From assembly GCA_030647485.1 (NCBI GenBank), contig JAUSJT010000004.1, forward strand, positions 173,088-237,087: DNA of 64,000 nt. The letters are read 5' to 3'. Shown here in pieces: positions 17,530 to 27,450 of this stretch. Positions within the stretch are counted from its first letter, which is position 1, and each line of letters starts with the position of its first letter. Origin of the DNA: a bacterium. Its GTDB lineage: Bacteria; Patescibacteriota; Minisyncoccia; Minisyncoccales; UBA10102. Below the pieces are notes generated by a model. That model saw only the letters and a list, made by a program, of their open reading frames with translations, was not told the DNA's origin and made no database searches. Both the position numbers and the translations under genes were made by a program.

Positions 17530-17704
17530 CTTATCAAGACAGCGAGCAAATGACGCGAGACGGAAGGCCTTTCCTCACATTGGTAGCGCGTGGGCACCGC
17601 CCCGATGCCAGCTAAGGCACAAGTTTGCTGATGCTCGTTGTTGCGATAAGGCGCTAGCTATGCGGATTAACCCAATGATCTACGCAGGGCTAGCGCCTCT
17701 TTTA
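17530..17704 (+). ncRNA. candidate small structured RNA (unknown family)
   Basis: 17530-17548 pairs with 17632-17650 (6 bp, 2x2 internal loop, 11 bp). Two G.U pairs are valid only on the + strand. Internal hairpins GGAAGGCCTTTCC, GGGC-ACC-GCCC and TGCC-AGCTAA-GGCA. Ends in the GGCGCTAGC..GCTAGCGCC hairpin plus TCTTTT. Confidence 0.35.
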
Positions 17705-18589
17705 TTGCACAGAGAATCTCTCTATGAGATTTTGTGCTTCTTTATATGAATGAATCCAGTGGATACGCTGGTCTTTTTTAAACCAGGTTATTTGGCGGCG
17801 GGCGAAATCTTCTGTTGCTTTTACCGTCTTCTCAATCATTTCTTGTTTAGAAATCTTCCCTTGAAGGTATTGGGAAGCTTGGCGATACTCTAGGCCAAAA
17901 TTTTCTATTGCATTCCATGAGAGTTTATTTTTACGCAGTGTCTTAACTTCGTTGAGGAAACCGCGGCGTAACATTGAGAGAAAACGCTTCCGAATGTTTT
18001 TTCGAAGAACAATAGAAGATTTCTTGACACCTAGAAATAATACAGGATAGGGGAGGGGATGTTTTCGAAACTGGGGAACTGGTTTCTTTGTTGTCATCAC
18101 TATCTCCAAAGCACGGATCAATCGTCTTGGATTCTTCTGTTCAATGGTTTTGGCGCGCCGAGGGTCAAGTTTTTTAAGCTTACTTAGTAACTCTACGGCC
18201 GTAAGTTTATTGAGTTTCTCCCGCAGTGCGTTATTGGGAGAAACCTTGGGGAGAACCCAGCCGTCTGTCACGGCATAGATATAGAGAGGACTTCCTCCCA
18301 CAAAAAAAGGGATCTTATCTTTCTTCTGAACGGATACAACTGCTTGCTGCGCCAGTTTCGCATACTGCGATACCGTAAACCTTCTCTTGGGAGAAGCTAT
18401 GCCTAAAAGATGATGGGGAACACCCCCCATCTCTTTTTTAGTGATTTTTCCAGATCCGATATCCAATCCCTTATACACTTGCCTTGAATCAGCAGAGATA
18501 ATTTCACCTTTGAATTTCTTTGCCAATTGCACGCCCAAGGCGCTCTTCCCGGAAGCGGTAGGCCCCAAAATAACAATCAACTTTTTCAT
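17702..18589 (-). CDS. miaA: tRNA dimethylallyltransferase
   Basis: MKKLIVILGPTASGKS P-loop start at 18589. MiaA-like throughout (ISADSRQVYKGLDIGSGK). Confidence 0.9.
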   Translation of the reverse strand: MKKLIVILGPTASGKSALGVQLAKKFKGEIISADSRQVYKGLDIGSGKITKKEMGGVPHHLLGIASPKRRFTVSQYAKLAQQAVVSVQKKDKIPFFVGGSPLYIYAVTDGWVLPKVSPNNALREKLNKLTAVELLSKLKKLDPRRAKTIEQKNPRRLIRALEIVMTTKKPVPQFRKHPLPYPVLFLGVKKSSIVLRKNIRKRFLSMLRRGFLNEVKTLRKNKLSWNAIENFGLEYRQASQYLQGKISKQEMIEKTVKATEDFARRQITWFKKDQRIHWIHSYKEAQNLIERFSVQ

Positions 18590-18612
18590 AGTAAAAGCGA
18601 GATAGGGATAAA

Positions 18613-18750
18613 GCGAGGGATTCTGCTTTTCTGGGACGCTTCGGAGGCCGAACGGCCATGGTTTCCGTCGAAAACGGAAGAGTGAGGCCGAGAACCGAGC
18701 ACTCATTTCCACGGAGGGGAAATGAAGTGCGGTCTCCAGAAAGCAGGATC
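18613..18750. other. structured intergenic element (multi-hairpin closed by a long-range helix)
   Basis: GGGATTCTGCTTTTCTGG (18613-) pairs with CCAGAAAGCAGGATCCC (-18750). Encloses hairpins GGCC-GAAC-GGCC, TTCCGT-CGAAA-ACGGAA and CATTTCC-ACGGAGG-GGAAATG. Confidence 0.25.
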
Positions 18751-18757
18751 CCGAGCG

Positions 18758-20347
18758 CTAATGGACTTCCTCTTTCTTCTCCTTGAGGAAAGATCTCCAA
18801 TGCTCCAGGAATTCCACGAATATCTGAAATGGAATCTCAATAAGGAAGTTAAGAAACACGACAAGGATATTATACCTTGCAATTTTGCGAGACAGCCATC
18901 TTCCCACCTCAATTAGCGGAAGAGTGAAGAAGTCAAAGACGCTATACAGGAATCCTTGCTTTTGTTCTCCAAAAAGGAGCTCTGCCCCTCTCTGGCGTAT
19001 TCTTGTTCCTCCAAAGGCAATAAGAGAGATGAAGAGCAAAAACACAATGCTAGAAAGCATGCTGAAGTTCAAACCAGTGAGAATTAAAAATAGAAGACCA
19101 AATGAGAGAATGAAACTTGCGAGATACATCGCATAGATAATTGTATTCAAAATCACCCCTCTCTTTTTAGGAGAAGCAAGCTCATGAACATTGCGTTTGT
19201 CTGTTGCGTAGGTAATCCTCATAACCTCCAGCATAACTTTCTGGAAGTTCTCTTCGGAAGAAGTCGTAATGCTGGTCACCAAAAGAAGCATTAAAAGGGG
19301 AGGAACGGCAACGCTAATCCCAATGGCTGTCGTATTGAACTCATGGGTAATATATTTGTCAAAAGGAATCTCGACTGCAAGAGCAATAAGCACCTTTGTA
19401 AGAAACACAGAGAGCGTACCGTAGAATGCAGCCCTATGCATTTTGCCTCGCAATTTTCCAAGGCGAACGGCGTATGCCTCTTTCATTGCCGCTTCTAGTC
19501 GTATGGGGTCTTGGGCAAGTTCAGAAAAGTTTTCAGGATTCTCCGTCATGATGTCCCCAACAAGAAGGTACGGCGTATCGTATCTTTCTACAAGCTGGTA
19601 CAGTTTTTCAGAGAGGGGATGAGAAAGAATCCCGCGAATCTTTTCTTGGAGCACATATGTCTTTTCCGTGATTGCAAGAAGAGTCTCTTGATTCGGGTTC
19701 TTCCATGATGGGTATAATTTTTCAAAGAGATGATACGAAATAGTGGCGTCATCAAGCTTGAATAAGGCACGAGAAATAGCTACGTACACCTGAATGTGTT
19801 TGTCTTGGAGAGAAAGGGCTGTTCCATTTTTCATCACAATATCCTGTTCTATACTCTCGGCCATAAAATCAATCAGGGCGCGCTCTCTCCTGGAGGATAT
19901 GAGCGTTTCTTCGATTTCTGCTGCCGCAATACCAAGGATCCAATCATGAAGCTTTGCGAGAATCCTACTTGAAGCATCCCGAGAAGCACGCTCTAGAAGA
20001 AAGAGATATTTTGAAATGATTTGCTGAATTTCTGAAATTTTACGTTGCGGAATACTGTTATTGGGGAAATGCCCTCCCCGAATAAGCTCTTGGAGAAAGG
20101 GTTCTGCAAAATCCTCTCCAGGGGTTCTCGTGAATACTCGCCGTTTAAGAATCCTTTCAATAGCAGTCTTGCGAAGCAAGTGCTCTTCTCGCCAGTCAAC
20201 AACCCCTCTAATCTTTTCATAAAAAGAGGCGACGCGGGCTGCAACCTCGTCTACCACAATAGTGGTGTCTTCCTGCTTTGGTTCTGCCTCTTGTCTCCAA
20301 AGTCTATGCTGCTCAATAAGATTTTTAACGTTTTTTGATAGTTCCAT
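18758..20347 (-). CDS. hypothetical multi-pass membrane protein
   Basis: 529 aa ORF with a soluble N-terminal ~300 aa and a C-terminal half containing several TM helices. No motif recognised. Confidence 0.7.
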   Translation of the reverse strand: MELSKNVKNLIEQHRLWRQEAEPKQEDTTIVVDEVAARVASFYEKIRGVVDWREEHLLRKTAIERILKRRVFTRTPGEDFAEPFLQELIRGGHFPNNSIPQRKISEIQQIISKYLFLLERASRDASSRILAKLHDWILGIAAAEIEETLISSRRERALIDFMAESIEQDIVMKNGTALSLQDKHIQVYVAISRALFKLDDATISYHLFEKLYPSWKNPNQETLLAITEKTYVLQEKIRGILSHPLSEKLYQLVERYDTPYLLVGDIMTENPENFSELAQDPIRLEAAMKEAYAVRLGKLRGKMHRAAFYGTLSVFLTKVLIALAVEIPFDKYITHEFNTTAIGISVAVPPLLMLLLVTSITTSSEENFQKVMLEVMRITYATDKRNVHELASPKKRGVILNTIIYAMYLASFILSFGLLFLILTGLNFSMLSSIVFLLFISLIAFGGTRIRQRGAELLFGEQKQGFLYSVFDFFTLPLIEVGRWLSRKIARYNILVVFLNFLIEIPFQIFVEFLEHWRSFLKEKKEEVH

Positions 20348-20348
20348 A

Positions 20349-22100
20349 TTATTGTCTGCGCTGTATTTGTTCTGCTACCATATTAGAAAATGCCTCAAGC
20401 GTGGTCTGTCCAAGATCTCCTTTTTGGCGATCCCTTACGCTTATTGTCCCTTGCTGTTCTTCTTTTTCTCCCACAATCACAAGATAAGGAATCTTCTGAA
20501 TTTGCCCTTCCCTGATTTTTTTCCCAAGAGTTTCATTCTCTTCCCTTACTATTACCCTAAGGTTTCTGTCTTTCTGTAAGAGTTCTTCTCGGATCTTTTT
20601 GGCAAAAGCAAGAAATTTATCCGATATAGGAAGAATCCATACTTGCTCTGGCGCCAGCCACAAGGGAAATGCGCCTGCGTAATGCTCAATGAGTATGGCC
20701 AAGAAACGTTCGGTTGATCCCAGTATGGCTCTATGGATAACCACCGGCCTTGCCTTTTTACCTTCAGAGTTCGTGTATTCTAACTCAAAACGTTCTGGGA
20801 GATTAAAGTCCAGCTGAATAGTAGAAAGTTGCCACTCTCTTCCCAGAACGTCCTTCATCATGAAATCCAGCTTGGGACCGTAGAACGCTGCTTCTCCCAA
20901 GGCTTCTGCCCATTTCATCCCTGTGTTTTGAATCACGGTTCGTAGGGCATTTTCTGCAATATTCCAGTTCTTTGGGAAGCCAATATACTGTTGTCTTTTC
21001 TTTGGATCTCGCAAAGAAATACGAACCCAAAAGTCATGAAACCCAAAATCTTCGTATACCTTCTGAATCATATCTAACATAAGACGAATTTCAGACTCTA
21101 TGTCTTCTGGCGCGCAAAAGACGTGACAATCGTCTTGAGTGAGGGCGCGTACCCTGGTGAGTCCTGAAAGTTCTCCTGATTTCTCATACCTATAGTTCGT
21201 GGTAGTTGCCGTGTATCTCAAGGGAAGATCCCTATATGAATGCAATAATGTTTTGTAAAGCATCATGAAATGCGGACAGTTCATGGGCTTTACATAATAA
21301 TCATCCTCACCCTTCAGCTTCATGGGAGGATACATGGCGTCAAACTTATCTAAGTGCCCAGAGATTTTGTAGAGTTTTCCTTTGGTAATATGGGGAATCC
21401 AAATAGGAACATACCCTCGTTTCTCCTGTTCTTCTATAATATAGTTTTCTACTGTTCGGCGCAGAACAGCTCCTTTAGGGTAAAACAGAGGAAGTCCAGG
21501 GCCAATTTCGTCAATAATCGTAAAAAGCCCCAAGTCTTTCCCTAATTTTCTATGGTCTCTTTTTTGCGCTTCTTCTTCTTGTCGTATGTGTTCTTCAAGC
21601 TCTTTTTTTGTAAGAAACGCAAGACCGTACACACGAGTGAGCATGGGGTTTTTCTCGTCACCCCTCCAATAGGCGCCAGCCACCTTATTCAAGGCAAATC
21701 CTTCAAGAGGAAGCTCTTTTGTATTCTTGACGTGTCCACCTCGACACAGATCCAAAAAAGCATTACCCGTGTATACCATACCTACCTTCTGGGTCTTGAG
21801 ATCTTTAATGAGCTCAACCTTATATGGCTGTTTCTCTTTCTTAAAATGAGCTGCTGCTTTGCTTGAAGGCCAGAGTTCTTTTTTAAAAGGGAGGTCCTGA
21901 CTCGCAATTGCTCTCATTTCTTTTTCAATGCGAGGAAGCTCCTCATCGGTAATCTGAAGATTCCCGAAATCGTAATAGAACCCGTTTTCAATAACAGGCC
22001 CTATGCCAAGCTGCGCCTTGGGGTAGCATTTCTGAACGCTGGCAGCTAGAAGATGGGCAAACGAATGCCGTATATTCTCAATTTCTGTGGTTTTCTGCAT
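20349..22100 (-). CDS. thrS: threonyl-tRNA synthetase (no N-terminal TGS domain)
   Basis: Starts in the editing/SAD domain (HSFAHLLA), followed by class II core and anticodon domain. 583 aa. Confidence 0.95.
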   Translation of the reverse strand: MQKTTEIENIRHSFAHLLAASVQKCYPKAQLGIGPVIENGFYYDFGNLQITDEELPRIEKEMRAIASQDLPFKKELWPSSKAAAHFKKEKQPYKVELIKDLKTQKVGMVYTGNAFLDLCRGGHVKNTKELPLEGFALNKVAGAYWRGDEKNPMLTRVYGLAFLTKKELEEHIRQEEEAQKRDHRKLGKDLGLFTIIDEIGPGLPLFYPKGAVLRRTVENYIIEEQEKRGYVPIWIPHITKGKLYKISGHLDKFDAMYPPMKLKGEDDYYVKPMNCPHFMMLYKTLLHSYRDLPLRYTATTTNYRYEKSGELSGLTRVRALTQDDCHVFCAPEDIESEIRLMLDMIQKVYEDFGFHDFWVRISLRDPKKRQQYIGFPKNWNIAENALRTVIQNTGMKWAEALGEAAFYGPKLDFMMKDVLGREWQLSTIQLDFNLPERFELEYTNSEGKKARPVVIHRAILGSTERFLAILIEHYAGAFPLWLAPEQVWILPISDKFLAFAKKIREELLQKDRNLRVIVREENETLGKKIREGQIQKIPYLVIVGEKEEQQGTISVRDRQKGDLGQTTLEAFSNMVAEQIQRRQ

Positions 22101-22121
22101 TTATAGAGTATAGCACAGAAT

Positions 22122-25100
22122 CTATCGCTCTAAAAGCTCTTCAACCTCTTCTGCAATGAGTTTTTGGTCTCCGTTCCGGCTATCCAACCTGCCGGTGATA
22201 AAGACGATTTTATTCTCCTGAAACATGGTGGGGTTTTTCTCCAATATTGAAGGAAACACTACCACCTCTATTTTGTCTGTCATATCCTCAACGCCCAAAA
22301 ACAGCATGGGTTTGCCTACCTTGGTGATGATCTTTTTCAAGGAAGAAATAATGCCCCCTATTTTAATCTTCCTTTCTTTCACAAAAAAGGGAGTTTCCGC
22401 CTCTTTTTTGATATGCGCGATAGAGAATGCCTTTTTAGCCAGAATGTTCTTTACCCCCTCCAAAGGATGCGAGCTCACATACAATCCCAGAAGCTCTTTT
22501 TCCCATACTAAGCGCTCATGCGGCGTTGCAGACTCGCTCTCTTGTAAAGACAAGCTGTGGTTAGAAGATGCGGTTCCAAATAAGGACTTCTGCGCTCCAT
22601 TCTGAACCTTGAGGTTTTCCCGTGCAACTTCAAGAAGCCGGTCCATATTAAAGAGTAATTGATTGCGCTCTCCGAAGTGATCAAACACCCCTGCCTTTAC
22701 CAGGCTTTCCAAGGATTTCTTGTTTAAATCTTTGGTATGCACCCTGTTGATAAAATCCTGAATGGAAAGATACGGCCCTTGGGCTTTTCGTTCTTTAATA
22801 ATTGCCTCCACAATGCCTTCTCCCACGTTTTTAATAGCCAAAAGCCCAAAGCGGATCTGGTTTTTTGCTGGCACCACAGAGAAATTACTGAAACTTTCGT
22901 TCAATTCCGGAGGAAGCACCTCAATTCCCATTTTTCGCGTTTCCTCTATAAGAAAGGCGATGCGTTCAATGTCGTTCTTTTCTGCGGTGAGTAAAGCAGA
23001 CATGAATTCAACAGGGTAGTATACCTTTAACCATGCAGTCTGGTAGGCAATGAGGGCGTAGGCTGCGCTATGCGACTTATTAAATCCGTAGCGCGCAAAT
23101 GGTTCAATAAAATGGAAGACGGCTTCCGCTATCTTTTTGTCTATGCCGTTCTCCACGGTTTTCCTGATAAATTTCTCTTTCTGTTCCTGCAGAAGCTCTT
23201 TTATTTTCTTTCCAATAGCTTTGCGTAGAACGTCTGCTTCTCCGTACGTAAAACCTGCAAGGTCTCTTGCAATCTGGAGTACCTGTTCTTGGTATACCGC
23301 AATGCCATAGGTGTTCTTGAGTATGGGCTGGAGCTTTGGATGCAGATACGTGATTCTCTTTCTTCCGTGTTTTCTGTTGATGAAGTCTGGAATAAGCTCC
23401 ATAGGGCCAGGCCTATACAAAGCAATCATGGCAATGATGTCTTCAAACTCGGTTGGCTTGAGTTCTTTCAAGTATCGCTGCATACCTGGACTTTCAACCT
23501 GAAAAATACCTACTGTATTTGCATCCTGAAATAGTTTGTATACTTTTTCGTCATCCACAGGAAGATTATCCATATCAACATTCTTTCCGTAGATAGCGTA
23601 AATGCGCTTTAAGGTTTCTTCAATAATAGAAAGGTTCTTTAACCCAAGAAAGTCCATTTTCAAAAGACCCAAGTCCTCAATACTATGCATCTCATATTGC
23701 GTGACGATATGGGTATCGTTTTGGGTAGGATGTTGCACGGGAGCAATGTTCTCTAGGGGTTCAGCAGAGATCACTACTCCGCAGGCATGCGTAGAGGCAT
23801 GACGCGCTACGCCCTCTAGTTTTTGAGCAAGGTCAATAAGCTTCTTTGCTCTTTCGTCTGTATCGTACAGTTCTTTAAACTCAATAACATCTCTTAAAGT
23901 ATCTCCCAGGGTAAGACCAAAGGGGATTAATTTTGCAATTCTGTCGCAGTACAGATATTCATACCCTAATGCGCGCCCCACATCCCGCACGGCAGCACGA
24001 GCTGCCATAGTTCCGAATGTGATTATTTGTGCTACCTTGTCATGCCCGTATTTCTCTCCCACATAGGTAATAACCTCATCTCTCCTGTAATCGGCAAAGT
24101 CCAGGTCAATGTCTGGCATGGAAATACGCTCTGGGTTGAGGAATCGCTCAAAGAGAAGGTTATACTGCAACGGGTTTATATTCGTAATATTCAAAAGATA
24201 TGCAACCAAAGACCCTCCCACTGATCCTCTTCCTGGTCCTACAACAATGCGGTGTTCTTTTGCCCAGTTCACAAAATCTTGGACGATAAGAAAGTACGAG
24301 GCAAATCCGGTTTGTTTGATAACTCCCAGTTCATACTCAAGACGTTCTGGCGCTTCAGAATATTTCGCAAGCTCCGGTCTTCTGCTAAATCCTGCAAGGC
24401 ATAATTCTTTTACATATTCGTCAGCAGTCTTTCCTGGAGGCAAGGGAAACGAAGGTAGCTTTGTCTTGCCTAGTTCCAGCACAAGGTTGCACGCATCAGC
24501 TATTCTTTGAGTGTTTGCTATGGCCTCTGGAATATCTTTAAAAATCTCCTCCATTTCTGCGGGGTTTTTTAAAGAGAAGTCGTCTTGCAAGAGCGTAAGA
24601 CGCTCTGGGTCGTCTGGCCGAGCTCCTGTGTTGATAAGCATTAAAATGTCTTGCGCTTTTGCGTCTTCCTGCTTTAAGTAGTGGGAATCTCCTGTCGCCA
24701 CTAAGGGGATGGATAATTTCTTGGAAAGTTCAATCAGCCCTTTATTGACTATGCCTTGCTCTGGGATATTGGGATGATGCTGAAGTTCAAGAAAGAAGTT
24801 TCCTGGACCGAATATCTCTTGATATGTTCTTGCTCTTTCTTCTGCTTCTTTTGTCTTCTTTGCAAGTAAGAGACGTGGAATTCTTCCCGTTAAACATCCT
24901 GACAGAGCAATTAAACCCGCAGAGTGTTTTTTTAACAACTCCTCGTCAACCCTGGGTTTGTAATAAAAACCTTCCAGGTGAGCCCTGGTAAGAAGCTTCA
25001 CGAGGTTTCGATACCCCTCCTCATTCTTCACAAGCACGGTAAGATGGTATATGGCGTCATCTATGCCGGGTCGCTCTTGATGCATATTCTCAAAAGCAAG

Positions 25101-25307
25101 GTAGAGTTCAGCCCCTAGAATTGGTTTTATTCCGCGATCCTTTGCCTTTTTGTAGAATTCTATGGCTCCGTACATGTTTCCATGATCGGTGAGCGCAATA
25201 GAATCCATGCCGAGTTCCTTGACTCGGTCTAGGAGTTGGTCAATCTTAGGAAGACCGTCTAGCAAGGAATATTGAGAGTGAAGGTGAAGATGAGTAAACT
25301 TAGACAT
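22122..25307 (-). CDS. dnaE: DNA polymerase III alpha subunit
   Basis: PHP domain start MSKFTHLHLHSQYSLLDG at 25307. Palm/fingers (GRGSVGGSLVAYLL) and C-terminal OB fold. Confidence 0.95.
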   Translation of the reverse strand: MSKFTHLHLHSQYSLLDGLPKIDQLLDRVKELGMDSIALTDHGNMYGAIEFYKKAKDRGIKPILGAELYLAFENMHQERPGIDDAIYHLTVLVKNEEGYRNLVKLLTRAHLEGFYYKPRVDEELLKKHSAGLIALSGCLTGRIPRLLLAKKTKEAEERARTYQEIFGPGNFFLELQHHPNIPEQGIVNKGLIELSKKLSIPLVATGDSHYLKQEDAKAQDILMLINTGARPDDPERLTLLQDDFSLKNPAEMEEIFKDIPEAIANTQRIADACNLVLELGKTKLPSFPLPPGKTADEYVKELCLAGFSRRPELAKYSEAPERLEYELGVIKQTGFASYFLIVQDFVNWAKEHRIVVGPGRGSVGGSLVAYLLNITNINPLQYNLLFERFLNPERISMPDIDLDFADYRRDEVITYVGEKYGHDKVAQIITFGTMAARAAVRDVGRALGYEYLYCDRIAKLIPFGLTLGDTLRDVIEFKELYDTDERAKKLIDLAQKLEGVARHASTHACGVVISAEPLENIAPVQHPTQNDTHIVTQYEMHSIEDLGLLKMDFLGLKNLSIIEETLKRIYAIYGKNVDMDNLPVDDEKVYKLFQDANTVGIFQVESPGMQRYLKELKPTEFEDIIAMIALYRPGPMELIPDFINRKHGRKRITYLHPKLQPILKNTYGIAVYQEQVLQIARDLAGFTYGEADVLRKAIGKKIKELLQEQKEKFIRKTVENGIDKKIAEAVFHFIEPFARYGFNKSHSAAYALIAYQTAWLKVYYPVEFMSALLTAEKNDIERIAFLIEETRKMGIEVLPPELNESFSNFSVVPAKNQIRFGLLAIKNVGEGIVEAIIKERKAQGPYLSIQDFINRVHTKDLNKKSLESLVKAGVFDHFGERNQLLFNMDRLLEVARENLKVQNGAQKSLFGTASSNHSLSLQESESATPHERLVWEKELLGLYVSSHPLEGVKNILAKKAFSIAHIKKEAETPFFVKERKIKIGGIISSLKKIITKVGKPMLFLGVEDMTDKIEVVVFPSILEKNPTMFQENKIVFITGRLDSRNGDQKLIAEEVEELLER

Positions 25308-25314
25308 TACAACA

Positions 25315-26049
25315 TTGTATAATAACATAATGCAATATCCAAACCTTAAGGAAGAAAAAAGACTTTGGAAAAAGGGATACCTGTTTGTGGCCTGTATTGA
25401 CGAAGCTGGCAGGGGACCTCTGGCAGGACCCGTGGTTGCAGCCGCCGTAGTTATTCTCCCAAAATCAGGCAAACTTAATTTCATTAAGAAAACAAGTAAA
25501 AACTTAATAAAATTAAGTTTTACAGGTCTTAGGGATTCAAAGAAGCTTTCTCCCAAAAGAAGAGAGGAGATTTATAGAATTATTATGAAACATCCTGCAA
25601 TACAATGGGGGATAGGAATGGTTTCTGAAAAGGTTATAGACCGGATCAATATCTACCAAGCAACAAAACTTGCAATGGAGAGAGCGCTTCGTCAATTGCA
25701 GGCAAAACTATCAAAAGCTACATATATAACAAAATCTTGCTATAGCAAGGAAAGATTATATATTGATTATTTAATTCTCGACGGGAATATGACACTTGAT
25801 GTTTCAATTCCCCAAAAAGCGATTGTGAAAGGGGATGAGAAAGTGTTCTCATGCGCTCTGGCTTCTATTATAGCCAAGGTAACAAGAGACAGGATGATGG
25901 TGCGCTATCACAAGAAATATCCACAGTATGGTTTTGATAGGCACAAGGGATATGGAACCGCTTTCCATATGGCGATGATTAAAAAGTACGGCCCCTGCTC
26001 GATTCACCGAATGAGCTTCAATCCTCTTGCAGAGCTTTTGAAAGCGTGA
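25315..26049 (+). CDS. rnhB: ribonuclease HII
   Basis: CIDEAGRGPLAGPVV catalytic motif and DSKKLS. Alternative start at 25330. Contains a ~25 aa Lys-rich insert. Confidence 0.85.
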   Translation: MYNNIMQYPNLKEEKRLWKKGYLFVACIDEAGRGPLAGPVVAAAVVILPKSGKLNFIKKTSKNLIKLSFTGLRDSKKLSPKRREEIYRIIMKHPAIQWGIGMVSEKVIDRINIYQATKLAMERALRQLQAKLSKATYITKSCYSKERLYIDYLILDGNMTLDVSIPQKAIVKGDEKVFSCALASIIAKVTRDRMMVRYHKKYPQYGFDRHKGYGTAFHMAMIKKYGPCSIHRMSFNPLAELLKA

Positions 26050-26064
26050 TAGACTCACAATATT

Positions 26065-26307
26065 ATGGGAGTTCCAAAATGGCATCGTTCTAAATCCAGG
26101 CAGGGGCAGAGGAGAATGCATATCTTTCTCAAGGCCCCTAAACTTCAAACCTGCCCAAAGTGCGCAAAGGCGCTTTTGCCGCACATCACATGCCCCAACT
26201 GCGGGTACTACAAGGGCGTGCAGGTGAAAGACGTGCTCGCCAAGCTTACAAAGAAAGAACGCAAAGTCAAAGAGAAAGAGCTGAAGTCAAAGGAACATGG
26301 CAAGTAG
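26065..26307 (+). CDS. rpmF: ribosomal protein L32
   Basis: [18 protein letters not shown]-terminus with CPKC..CPNC zinc ribbon. Confidence 0.9.
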   Translation: MGVPKWHRSKSRQGQRRMHIFLKAPKLQTCPKCAKALLPHITCPNCGYYKGVQVKDVLAKLTKKERKVKEKELKSKEHGK

Positions 26308-26740
26308 GCATTTGGCAAGATCCATTGCAATGCAGTCTTTGTATGAGTGGGACTTTGCTGGAAAGAAAGAGGACTTAAAAGAACTCGTAGAGCGCAATAT
26401 CCAGGAGTTTGGCCCTGGGCTAGAAGACGTTAATAAGGACTTTATCAGAACGCTGGCCTCTGGAGTAAAAGAACATATGCCAGACTTAAACCAGATTATT
26501 GAAAAGGCGGCCCCAGAATGGCCTCTAGAGCAGATTACCATTGTGGACCGCAATGTGCTGCGCTTGGGACTCTTTGAACTCTTGTACGGAAACAAAGACG
26601 AAGTTCCCCCAAAGGTAGCCATTAATGAAGCCATTGAACTTGCAAAGAACTTTTCTGGGGAGTCTTCGGGAAAGTTTGTGAATGGGGTTCTGGGAACCGT
26701 GTACCGAGAATTAGAAAGTGGTTCGACAAGCTCACCATGA
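26297..26740 (+). CDS. nusB: transcription antitermination factor NusB
   Basis: [19 protein letters not shown]-terminus and [12 protein letters not shown] motif. Confidence 0.85.
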   Translation: MASRHLARSIAMQSLYEWDFAGKKEDLKELVERNIQEFGPGLEDVNKDFIRTLASGVKEHMPDLNQIIEKAAPEWPLEQITIVDRNVLRLGLFELLYGNKDEVPPKVAINEAIELAKNFSGESSGKFVNGVLGTVYRELESGSTSSP

Positions 26741-27438
26741 GCACCATGAAAGATTTTTCTCCTCTAGAGCTAAGCCTGAACGTTTCTTTCAAGGACAAGA
26801 ATTTCCTTGTGCAGGCGTTCATTCACCGCTCGTACTTGAATGAAAACCCGAATTCCGGCCTTCAGCATAATGAACGATTGGAATTCTTGGGAGATGCGGT
26901 GTTAGAGCTCGTAGTGACAGAGAACCTGTACCAGAATTATCCTGACAAACCAGAGGGGGAACTCACTACTTGGCGGGCAGCGCTCGTGAATGCAAAAATA
27001 CTGTCTGAAATTGCAAGATCCTTAAAGTTCAACGACTTTCTACTATTGTCTCGGGGAGAAGGCCAAGAAGAGGGGAAAGCGCGAGATTACATTCTTGCTA
27101 ACACCATGGAATCTTTTATTGGAGCCTTGTACCTTGACCAGGGGCTGAAAGTATGCGAAAAGTTTATCACAGAGCATATTCTTTCAAGACTCCCCGCCAT
27201 ACTTGCAGACAAACTCTTTGAAGACGCAAAATCCAGATTCCAGGAACTAGCCCAAGAAAAGGTGGGGATAACCCCTACGTACCAGGTTATTGAAGAGTGG
27301 GGTCCTGACCACGAAAAGAACTTTAAGGTGGGGGTGGTCATTGGAAGTGAAGTAATTGCACAAGGAAGAGGTACATCCAAGCAGGAAGCAGAACAAGACG
27401 CAGCTTCCCAGGCATTAAAAAAGAAGGGTTGGAACTGA
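26737..27438 (+). CDS. rnc: ribonuclease III
   Basis: [16 protein letters not shown] signature and C-terminal dsRBD. Confidence 0.95.
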   Translation: MSTMKDFSPLELSLNVSFKDKNFLVQAFIHRSYLNENPNSGLQHNERLEFLGDAVLELVVTENLYQNYPDKPEGELTTWRAALVNAKILSEIARSLKFNDFLLLSRGEGQEEGKARDYILANTMESFIGALYLDQGLKVCEKFITEHILSRLPAILADKLFEDAKSRFQELAQEKVGITPTYQVIEEWGPDHEKNFKVGVVIGSEVIAQGRGTSKQEAEQDAASQALKKKGWN

Positions 27439-27450
27439 AACGATACACAT

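Noticed and set aside
17530-17650. Possible SRP (4.5S) RNA, based on ATGACGCG and CCAGCTAAGGCA strings reminiscent of E. coli 4.5S
   Set aside because: The motif order is wrong. There is no GGAA-capped helix 8 with the conserved AGCA/GGAAGCAGC core, and the fold is a multi-branch junction rather than a single long hairpin. It is kept only as an unknown sRNA candidate.
18590-18712. N-terminal extension of the miaA ORF
   Set aside because: The P-loop start MKKLIVILGPTASGKS at 18589 is the canonical MiaA N-terminus. The extension lies in the structured spacer.
25308-25556. N-terminal 83-codon extension of the dnaE ORF
   Set aside because: The PHP domain starts at MSKFTHLHLHS (25307). The extension overlaps rnhB on the other strand.
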